DNA of 64,000 nucleotides from Bacteroidales bacterium. Lineage in GTDB: Bacteria > Bacteroidota > Bacteroidia > Bacteroidales > UBA7960. Every line of letters begins with the position of its first letter. Within the stretch, counting starts at the first letter, position 1. The notes beneath the pieces are model-generated. The model saw only the letters and a program-made list of their open reading frames with translations. It did no database searches and was not told where the DNA came from. The DNA lies in assembly GCA_003560165.1 (NCBI GenBank), contig PWJC01000139.1:376-64375 (forward strand). Direction: 5' to 3'. This document shows positions 38,413 through 48,370 of this stretch, piece after piece. A program made the translations under genes and the position numbers.

Positions 38413-39300
38413 ATGGCAGCCCCCCACACCACCGAACACCTGCATTTGCACTTTATTGTGGTGCTGCTTGGTTTTACGGCCATACTGGGGGCCCTGATTA
38501 CCATCGATGCCGCCAGCCTTGTCTGGTTCAGGATGTTTTTCGGCCTTACCGGTTTGTGGGTGTTCTTTGTTGTCCGCCGGGTGAGTTACTTCCTGCCATT
38601 GGGCCGGATACTTCCTCTTTTGGGCATCGGGGTGGTGGTGGCACTGCACTGGATCACCTTTTTTCATGCCATCAATGTTTCCAATGTTTAGGTAACCCTC
38701 GGAGTGTTTGCCTCCACCACCCTGTTTACCAGCTTCCTGGAGCCAATCAGTCAGAGACGGCGCATTTTCTGGCTGGAGGTGATCATCGGAATGGTCATTC
38801 TGTCGGGCATTTACCTGATATTCCAGTATGAATTCCATTACCTTGAAGGCATCTTGTTTGCTTTGCTCTCGGCTTTGCTAAACGGCATGTTCGTGGTGTT
38901 GAACCGCAACATCAGCATGAGGCATCATCCGTCGGTTATCAGTTTTTATGAAATGATCGGCGGGTTTGTGTTTATCAGCCTGTTCTTTGCTTTTTCGGGG
39001 ACACTATCGGCCGGACTTTTACGGGTTTCGCCTTCCGACCTGGTGTATTTGCTGATTTTGGGTTTTGTGTGTACTGCTTATGCCTTCACGGCCATTGTGG
39101 ACGTGATGAAGGTGTTATCGGCCTATACCGTGGTACTGGCCATCAACCTGGAGCCGGTGTACGGCATTGTTATGGCACATTTTTTCTTTCCGGAGGCCGA
39201 GCGGATGTCGGCAGGTTTCTACCTGGGCACCCTCATCATTTTGCTTTCGGTGTTCTCATACCCCTTCCTCAGAAGAAAATTCAGACAGAAACTCCTCTGA
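38413..39300 (+). pseudogene. DMT/EamA family transporter interrupted by an in-frame TAG (38689..38691)
   Basis: ORFs 38389..38691 and 38704..39300 are in the same frame. They are separated only by one TAG and a few codons (..FHAINVSNV * VTLGVFASTTLF..). Joined, they give a ~295-aa, ~10-TM two-EamA-repeat protein. Confidence 0.75.
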
Positions 39301-40137
39301 TCCCTCTCTGCGGGCTACCGCCAGCAAGGGCGGATTTCGCAGCCCTTCTTTGCCGTATTCGAGCGGCATGAGGGTATCAAGGGCATACAATTCTCCTCCG
39401 GCTGCCCTCAGAATGGCATGTCCTGCGGCGGTGTCCCACTCAAAAGTCGGGCTGTAGCGTGCATACAGGGTGGCCTTTTTTTCGGCCAGCAGGCAAAGTT
39501 TCAGTGCGCTGCCTACCGCCCATTGCCTCAGCCGGGGGTATATCCGCCTCAGGCGTTTTAGCAGGGCGAGGGTATGGGGGTCGGAGTGCGAGCGGCTGAC
39601 GGCCATTATCGGTTGAGGGGGCAGAGCTCGCCGGGGCAGGACGCAGGAGAACTTCCGGTGATCGGTCCCGGCGCTGAATCTCAGAGAGGCGGGCAGGGAT
39701 GAGATGTTGTCCATTACCCTGACCTCCTGTCCCGGGCTCCCAAACCAGGCCTTATCCAGGGCCGGTGCCGCGATCACCCCCGACAAGGGCTGGCCATTGC
39801 CGATCAGGGCGATATTTACCGTAAACTCCCCGTTGCGTTGAACAAACTCCCTGGTGCCATCGAGGGGATCAACCAGCCAGTATACCCGTGATTTCTCCCG
39901 TGGCTTCATAACCGGCTTTTCCTGTTCCTCGCTGATAACCGGCAGCCCGCTTGCCTGGAGTTTCGCGCAGATCAGTTCGTGGGCCATTTTGTCGGCCAGG
40001 GTAAGGGGGCTGCCATCGGCTTTGAAGCGGGTGTCAAATGAAGAGCGGTATACTTTCATGATTAGGGGAACTGCCGACAGGGCGGCATCGAGTGCCCTGA
40101 GAAGCAGTGTGGCCTTTTCGCTGGCTGTTGGCTGCAT
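39256..40137 (-). CDS. cysQ: Inositol monophosphatase family / 3'(2'),5'-bisphosphate nucleotidase (CysQ-like)
   Basis: Metal-binding motifs VISEE, WLVDPLDGTREF and WDTAAGHAIL are present. The 3' end overlaps the convergent DMT gene by 45 nt. Confidence 0.8.
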   Translation of the reverse strand: MQPTASEKATLLLRALDAALSAVPLIMKVYRSSFDTRFKADGSPLTLADKMAHELICAKLQASGLPVISEEQEKPVMKPREKSRVYWLVDPLDGTREFVQRNGEFTVNIALIGNGQPLSGVIAAPALDKAWFGSPGQEVRVMDNISSLPASLRFSAGTDHRKFSCVLPRRALPPQPIMAVSRSHSDPHTLALLKRLRRIYPRLRQWAVGSALKLCLLAEKKATLYARYSPTFEWDTAAGHAILRAAGGELYALDTLMPLEYGKEGLRNPPLLAVARREGSEEFLSEFSSEEGV

Positions 40138-40214
40138 CCTTGCTTTTTTTTGCCGGCTTCAGAACAATCTCCACCGGTGGTTGTTGATTGATGGAACAAA
40201 TATCGTAAAAACTC

Positions 40215-40805
40215 ATGGAAGTCATCAAGAACAGTTCCCTGAATACAACCCTACGCAACCGGACAAAACTTTGCCTTGTCGTCCTGCTGCTCTTCTCCTC
40301 TCCGCTGTTGGCGGCCGGGCCGGCAGGTTTTCACGACTTCGGGGTGGAAGATATCTATGGGGATGAATTTGACCTGGGGCAGCTCAGGGGTAGAAAGGTG
40401 ATGGTGGTCAATACGGCGTCGCGTTGCGGGCTGACTCCCCAGTATGAGCTGCTGGAAGAGCTCTACCGGACCTACGCCGGACATGGTTTTCTGATCATCG
40501 GCTTCCCGGCCAACAATTTCCAGAACCAGGAGCCGGGCACCAACGAAGAGATCATTGCCTTTTGTGAAGAAAATTATGGGGTTAGTTTCCCGATGATGTC
40601 AAAAATATCGGTCAGGGGAGATGACATCCACCCCTTGTACGACTGGCTGACACGCAAGGATAAAAATGGACGCTTCGATGCAGAGGTAAGCTGGAATTTC
40701 CAGAAATTCCTCATCGACGAAGAAGGCCGGCTGGTGGACGTATTATCTCCCCGCGAAAGCCCGGCTTCCGAAAAGGTGATCGCCTGGATTACAGAAAGCC
40801 GGTAG
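40215..40805 (+). CDS. Glutathione peroxidase (Cys-type) with a signal peptide
   Basis: Motifs VVNTASRCGLTPQY (catalytic Cys), FPANNFQNQEPG and WNFQKFLI. The N-terminal stretch is hydrophobic. Ends in TAG. Confidence 0.9.
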   Translation: MEVIKNSSLNTTLRNRTKLCLVVLLLFSSPLLAAGPAGFHDFGVEDIYGDEFDLGQLRGRKVMVVNTASRCGLTPQYELLEELYRTYAGHGFLIIGFPANNFQNQEPGTNEEIIAFCEENYGVSFPMMSKISVRGDDIHPLYDWLTRKDKNGRFDAEVSWNFQKFLIDEEGRLVDVLSPRESPASEKVIAWITESR

Positions 40806-40834
40806 TACTTCCCGGTCAAAACCCGGTCTGGTGC

Positions 40835-42883
<2,049 letters not shown>

Positions 42884-44677
42884 CTAGAAAGCATAGGTCA
42901 CACCACCCAAAAAGTTAAACCCCTGGGTGGGATAATAGGTCCACCTTTCGAGCTTTTCATTTTGTATATTGTAGAAATTCAGGAATACCGACAGCAGCTT
43001 TGTGTAACGGTATTCAATGCCCAGGTTGGCATCCAGGTAGAAGTCGTGTACCTGCCGTTTCCTGTAATCATACCATCCAATGAAACCCGCATCGGTAGTG
43101 ACAAACTCCCGTCCATAGGCTTTTCCGCGGCCATACAGGTCGGCCCTGAGGATGATCTTGTTCTGGATATTGTAGTTGAGGTTCATCGAAAGCAGCATCC
43201 GGGGTTCGTGCCAGGCTTCTTCCTGTGCATCGAGGGTGTATTCGAAGAAATCGCCCCGCAAACGCAGGGAAAAGCTCTCACCAAAACGGGATACGATCTC
43301 TGCGCGGTAATTCAGCCTCCGGATGTTGTCGTAGACCACCTCAAAGCCATTGGCCGGATAAGGCATGCCGGGGACAGGCATGGAGGGGAAGGGATAGTTG
43401 TTCACAAAAAAGGGTTGATTGTCGATCTGGCTGTTGATCACCGACAGATTGTAGGACACGGCATCGCCGAACGCGCCCCTGACCCCCCCCCTGACCTCCG
43501 ATCTGACATTGGTGAACTGGCTGTTGGGTGAGGAGATGATGAAGGGATTCTCCAGGCTGAGTGCCCTGAAGCTCTGTTTCTCCAGCCGGCCCGACAAATC
43601 CATGAAGGCTACCAGCCTGTTTTCTGCGATGTTCATGCTGAAACCCGCCAGTGGGTATGCACGCAGCTGGTAATTGGCATTGTTGTCTTCGACCGAAAGA
43701 TTTACCCCCAGGTGAAACTGAAGCCTGTCATAGTACGAAATAATGCGTGGACTGATGCGGTAAATGCCGGTGTTGTCCGTTTCGTGAGGATTGAGATTGT
43801 AAAAGTAATCGGCCCCGGTCCCGAGTTCGAAAAACTGCTTCCACGCCAGACCAAAGGGGTCCTGACCGAACGATCTGCCGAAATTGCCCGAGAAACGGAA
43901 ACGGTGTTCGCTGGCCCCGGCCTGGTCGCTGAGCCATTGATGGCCAAGCCCGAGGTGGTAGTTTGCTTTGGCCGAATCGGCATGATGGGTTCCGAACTCC
44001 AGTGAGGTGTCCAGGAAATCGTACCTCTGCCTGATGTCGGTGGCCTCCAGCCCGGGAAAGGGATTGACAGGTTCTTGCGACAGGGTTTCGGTGCCTGGAA
44101 GCGTTTCATCGGACAGCAGGGCAGAAGGGAACCCATAATAGTGGACCAAATCCCTGGTGTAAGCAGCTCCGGCTTTCAGTGAGGTGTTGCGGAAAAACCG
44201 GGTGCCGTATGCGTGGGCTTTGTTGTGGCTGAACAGGCTGTGTTCGTATGGATCTGTCCCTTCGCCCGATGAGCGGTGCTTCAGATGCACCCCGAGGGTG
44301 TATTCGTTTGATCGCAGGGTGTTGTAGTGCCCTTCGAAGTAAGGAGACTGCCGGGTGCCGTATCCTCCCTTCACCTGGCCCCGGTAAATCCTGGCCAGGG
44401 GTTCCCCCCTCATGCGCGCCGGGGTGATGGGCTCGGGCCGGTAACTCAGCAGCAGCTTCATCGGCCTGATCTGGTAGTCGAAATCCATGTGGATCCGGGT
44501 GGTGTCTTCAATGCTGGGGTTGAAATTGATCTTGAAGGCATCCGAAATGGTGGGCTGATAGGGGGCCACCACCCGGATTTCATCAATTTCGAGGGGCCGC
44601 TGTGCTGCGGAAAAAAACGGATTGACTGCCAGCAGCAGCAGCAAAAGCATGGAAAAAGGGTTGCTGTAGGTATTCAT
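42884..44677 (-). CDS. Hypothetical outer-membrane beta-barrel protein (putative porin, 597 aa)
   Basis: Signal peptide ..LLLLLLAVNPFFSAAQ, beta-rich Tyr/Gly/Asn-rich composition, and a C-terminal ..GGVTYAF aromatic terminus typical of OMPs. Confidence 0.75.
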   Translation of the reverse strand: MNTYSNPFSMLLLLLLAVNPFFSAAQRPLEIDEIRVVAPYQPTISDAFKINFNPSIEDTTRIHMDFDYQIRPMKLLLSYRPEPITPARMRGEPLARIYRGQVKGGYGTRQSPYFEGHYNTLRSNEYTLGVHLKHRSSGEGTDPYEHSLFSHNKAHAYGTRFFRNTSLKAGAAYTRDLVHYYGFPSALLSDETLPGTETLSQEPVNPFPGLEATDIRQRYDFLDTSLEFGTHHADSAKANYHLGLGHQWLSDQAGASEHRFRFSGNFGRSFGQDPFGLAWKQFFELGTGADYFYNLNPHETDNTGIYRISPRIISYYDRLQFHLGVNLSVEDNNANYQLRAYPLAGFSMNIAENRLVAFMDLSGRLEKQSFRALSLENPFIISSPNSQFTNVRSEVRGGVRGAFGDAVSYNLSVINSQIDNQPFFVNNYPFPSMPVPGMPYPANGFEVVYDNIRRLNYRAEIVSRFGESFSLRLRGDFFEYTLDAQEEAWHEPRMLLSMNLNYNIQNKIILRADLYGRGKAYGREFVTTDAGFIGWYDYRKRQVHDFYLDANLGIEYRYTKLLSVFLNFYNIQNEKLERWTYYPTQGFNFLGGVTYAF

Positions 44678-44718
44678 GTGTTTATGCTTTTGGTCTTGGT
44701 GAGGTTAAATGTCGTAAA

Positions 44719-44813
44719 CGGAAGGTAGAAGGTGGAAGGTAGAGGGTAGAATAAAATTCGTTCGGTCGTACCGGAATTCTTTCTACCTTCTAATTTCTAC
44801 CTTCTATCTTCTG
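44719..44813. repeat. ~95-nt extended imperfect hairpin made of inverted GAAGGTA-type heptamer repeats
   Basis: The left arm is 44721..44751 (GAAGGTAGAAGGTGGAAGGTAGAGGGTAGAA). The right arm is 44781..44811 (TTCTACCTTCTAATTTCTACCTTCTATCTTC). They pair at 26 Watson-Crick and 4 G-U positions out of 31 when read as plus-strand RNA. Inner stems AATTC/GAATT and CGGT/ACCG extend the structure. Confidence 0.85.
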
Positions 44814-44871
44814 CATTTATGATGGTACTCTTGTTTATCAAACATGGCATATGGCGGTTTCATTGGCTTTT

Positions 44872-47800
44872 TTAGTCCTGTGGTTCATTGCCCAATTCCA
44901 CTTCGATGGGTTCGGGTTGAGGGGATTGTTCCATCAGGCTTTCCTGCTTATGGATAAAATCCAGCCTTTGTCTGGCCTGTTCGCGGATGTCTTCCCCATC
45001 GTAATGTTCAATGATGCTTTCCAGGGTGTGTTTTGCCTGGAAGTGGTTGTCCATGGCCATGTATACATCGGCAAGCAGCAGGAATGTCCTTGCCAGCCAA
45101 TCGTCGTAGGCCGACATCCTGCCAATGTATTCAAATACCTCCTGCTCGGCCTGATCGTAATCTCCTTCTCTGAAAGAGATCAGCGCCAGGTTGTACATGG
45201 CCTCGGCTGCACGCCGGTTGTCGGCAATACCCAGGGCATTTTTCAGCGATTCCCTGGCTTCTGACCTGTTATCGATGGCCATGGCCGATATGCCGCGGAT
45301 CAAAAAGGCCTCTTGTTCCAGTTCGGGCGATACCTTGTCGGTGGTCATCAGTTTTTCTGTGGCCAACATGGTTTCCTGGTGCCTGCCCAGGCGGTAAAGG
45401 CTGCGCATCTGTCCCTCCCTGGCCGTAAGGATGTTATTCCGGTATTCGGCCACTTGCTCCAGTTGGTTGTAATAGGTGTTGGCGTTCTCAAAATTACCCA
45501 GCTGGTAGTGTATGCCGGAAGCCCTGAGCAGGGCATTTTCATGGAACTTGGTCCTGGGTCTGCTGATCACGGCCTCATAACCGGCAAGGGCCCGCTCCTG
45601 CTGATTGGTGCGGAAGTAGCATTCTGAACGGTAAAACATGGCATTAACCGAGAAGATGCCGCTGGGAAAGCGTTCGAGGTAGTTCCCGAAACTTTGTACG
45701 GCACTGCTGCAGTCGCCCTGCATATACCGGTTCTCTGCCGCCTGGTATGTCAGAGAGTCCTGTTGGGCAGCCGAAATATCGGCCATGCCGATCCCTTCCG
45801 AAAAACGCAGGAATTCGTCCACCCGGTCGAGCCCGACATAAATGGTGCGGATGGAGGCCAGGGCTTCCCGGGCCTGGGGTGTACCCGGGTAGTCGTTGAC
45901 CACCGCCTTGAACATGTTCAGGGCCTGTTCGTCCTGGTTGAGGTTGTAATGGATCAGGCCGGTCTTCAGCATGGCGCTTTGTACGTACGAACTGTTAGGA
46001 TGGCGATCGATCACCTGCCTGAAATATTCCATGGCACGGGTGCTGTTATCGAGGATCAGCCAGGAGTTGGCGATCTCGTAGCGGCCGTCGTCGATAAAGG
46101 AAGAACGGGGGTGGTTGTTTATCAGTTCCTGTAAGGTGGCAATTTTTTGTGTGAAATCGCCCATGATGCCATATACCAGGCCTTTTTGAAAAACCGCATA
46201 ATCGCTGTCGATGGCGCCTATGCCAATGGCGCGGTTGTAGAAGTCCATGGCTGCCCGGTAGTCTTTGGTAATGAAATAGCTGTCGGCGATGCGTAGGGTG
46301 GCATCGTTGAGCATGCGGGGCTCCTCCTCCCTTGCGGTAATGTAATTGCGAAAGGCGGGGATGGCGCGGTTGTAGTTTTCTTTTTTAAAGTGGGCATATC
46401 CCAGCGAATAGCTGGCCCTGTTGTAAAAATCCAGTGAAAAGGCACCCGGGCTCAGCATGAACTGGTCGTAGGCTGCAATGGCGTTTTCGTAGTTTCCCAT
46501 GCGGTAATGCGATTCGCCCATCCAGAAAAGGCTGGCGGCGGTCAGTCGGTTATTTTCCCGGTAGCGCTGTGTTTTGGAAAAATGGGCAATGGCCCCTTCA
46601 AAATCGCCGTTGTTGAACAGTTCCACACCCCGGTAATAGCTTACCCTCTGATAGGCTTCCCTTAACCTGGGGTTATCAATGGGTATTTTTTCGAGCGAGG
46701 CAAGGGCCTCCTTGTAATTGCTTGTGGATAAATAAAGATCGATCAGGTGGGCATAGGCCTCTTCGGTTCGGGGTGAATCCGGATAGAGGTCGATGTACTT
46801 CTGGAAAGCCAGGATTGCTTCGTTGTAGGGATCATAGGAGAGCTCGAACGACAATTTGGCATAGTGAAAGAGGGACTCCCTGCTGATCTCTTCCAGGTGT
46901 GGCATCTGGTGAGACTGCATGAAGGCATTTCGTGCAAAACGCTTCTGGCCTGTTTGGATATAACAGTAGCCCAAATGATAATAGGCATTCTGGGCCAGGT
47001 AGTCCTCGCCCGGGGTGACCCTCTCCAGGTGACGGATGGCCTGCTCAAAGCTCCCGGTAATAAAATAGGCGAAGCCCAGCTGGTAATGGTCCTGCCGCCC
47101 GGCTCCCGATCCCGGCTGACTGACATAGGCCTCCAGGTAGGGAATGGCCTCCTGGTAGTCGCCCCTGTGGAAGTGGGCTTCTCCGATCAGCCTCGATATT
47201 TCGGGGGCACGGCGAGGCGTGGCCTCTTCGAGCAGAACCGGAGCAAGCCTCAGCAGATCTTCGTAGCGTTGCTGCAAAAAGTAGATATGGACAATATAGT
47301 AGGGCACTACCGGCCCGAAGTTGCGGTCGTCAACCAAACGCTGAAAAGCCTGCATCGCCATGTCATAATCGCCTGTAAGGTAGGCCACATGGCCGTGGTA
47401 ATACCTGGCCGGAGCGTAGTAGCCCGACGATGTGTCGGTGATCTGGGTGAACATCCGGCTGGCCTCTGGGTAGGATTCGGTCATAAAATGGCTGTACCCC
47501 TTTTTGAAGAGGAACTCATCCCGGCTGTCAGCGGGCAGATCGAAGGGGCTGAGGCGGGCATACCAACCGCCGGCCTCCCGGTATTCTCTTTGCCGGTAAT
47601 GGATATTCCCCATTTGAAACCAAGCCTTTCGCTGACCCGGATGGGTGGGATGGTTGTTCAGGAAGGCAAGCAGCAACTCCCCGGCATCGGGATTGAACAG
47701 TTCGGCGGCACAAATGGCAGCGTAGAGGGTAGCGCTGCCAAGCATCTCACTGTCTGATTCTGTGATTTGCCTGATGGTTTGCAGGAAAAGCTCACGGGCA

Positions 47801-47946
47801 GCGCCGAATTTTTCCTTGTCGAACAGTTCCATGGCCTGGCGGTAGGTGGCATCTGGTTCCTGGTGGATGGCCGTTTGCTGTGGCAGGACCTCTGCCGGCA
47901 AAAGGGACATCAGCAGAACAAGCAAGAGAAAAACCTTTTTTATCAT
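44872..47946 (-). CDS. Large tetratricopeptide-repeat (TPR) protein with a signal peptide (1024 aa)
   Basis: Signal peptide MIKKVFLLLVLLMSLLPAEV. Dozens of 34-aa TPR-like units follow (recurrent Y..A...Y..G.Y..A...F pattern). Confidence 0.85.
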   Translation of the reverse strand: MIKKVFLLLVLLMSLLPAEVLPQQTAIHQEPDATYRQAMELFDKEKFGAARELFLQTIRQITESDSEMLGSATLYAAICAAELFNPDAGELLLAFLNNHPTHPGQRKAWFQMGNIHYRQREYREAGGWYARLSPFDLPADSRDEFLFKKGYSHFMTESYPEASRMFTQITDTSSGYYAPARYYHGHVAYLTGDYDMAMQAFQRLVDDRNFGPVVPYYIVHIYFLQQRYEDLLRLAPVLLEEATPRRAPEISRLIGEAHFHRGDYQEAIPYLEAYVSQPGSGAGRQDHYQLGFAYFITGSFEQAIRHLERVTPGEDYLAQNAYYHLGYCYIQTGQKRFARNAFMQSHQMPHLEEISRESLFHYAKLSFELSYDPYNEAILAFQKYIDLYPDSPRTEEAYAHLIDLYLSTSNYKEALASLEKIPIDNPRLREAYQRVSYYRGVELFNNGDFEGAIAHFSKTQRYRENNRLTAASLFWMGESHYRMGNYENAIAAYDQFMLSPGAFSLDFYNRASYSLGYAHFKKENYNRAIPAFRNYITAREEEPRMLNDATLRIADSYFITKDYRAAMDFYNRAIGIGAIDSDYAVFQKGLVYGIMGDFTQKIATLQELINNHPRSSFIDDGRYEIANSWLILDNSTRAMEYFRQVIDRHPNSSYVQSAMLKTGLIHYNLNQDEQALNMFKAVVNDYPGTPQAREALASIRTIYVGLDRVDEFLRFSEGIGMADISAAQQDSLTYQAAENRYMQGDCSSAVQSFGNYLERFPSGIFSVNAMFYRSECYFRTNQQERALAGYEAVISRPRTKFHENALLRASGIHYQLGNFENANTYYNQLEQVAEYRNNILTAREGQMRSLYRLGRHQETMLATEKLMTTDKVSPELEQEAFLIRGISAMAIDNRSEARESLKNALGIADNRRAAEAMYNLALISFREGDYDQAEQEVFEYIGRMSAYDDWLARTFLLLADVYMAMDNHFQAKHTLESIIEHYDGEDIREQARQRLDFIHKQESLMEQSPQPEPIEVELGNEPQD

Positions 47947-47980
47947 TTTTCAATAATTGTTTGTGGATACGAAATAAAGA

Positions 47981-48358
47981 AAAGGCAGGCCTGTAAGCCG
48001 GGTTCTGTAACACGCCTGTGGCGTGCTTCCTGTCATTTATCTGGAATGGCACTCACATACCATTTCTAACGGCCTACCCGCCGGGATCGGGCGAGCAACC
48101 CTCAATCCCCGGCTTATTTGGCCTCTCAACGCATAAGGTTTGCCCCCTCACCCGGTCGCCCGGATGAGTCGTGAGCTCTTACCTCACGTTTTCACCCTTA
48201 CCTCTCTGGCCAGGGCCGGAGTCAGGCGGTTGTTTTCTGTGGCACTTTCTCTCGGCCCGCGTGATACGGACCGGCTTCCCGTTAGGAAGTATGCTGCTCT
48301 GTGTTGCCCGGACTTTCCTCATCCCGCACAGGCGGGACGCGACAGGACGGCCTGCCTT
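47981..48358 (-). ncRNA. rnpB: RNase P RNA, bacterial type A
   Basis: The minus strand contains GAGGAAAGTCCGGGC, ACAGAAAACAACCGCC, GGTAAGGGTGAAAACGTGAGGTAAGAGCTCACG and ACAGAACCCGGCTTACAGG. The P1 stem pairs GGCAGGCC (48356..48349) with GGCCTGCC (47991..47984). Confidence 0.93.
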
Positions 48359-48370
48359 TTCAATGAACGT

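Noticed and set aside
38689-38691. TAG as a recoded sense codon (for example pyrrolysine or suppressor decoding)
   Set aside because: TAG terminates several well-defined genes in the same window (rfbD, glutathione peroxidase, O-antigen ligase). No Pyl machinery is visible. A nonsense mutation or sequencing error is more parsimonious.
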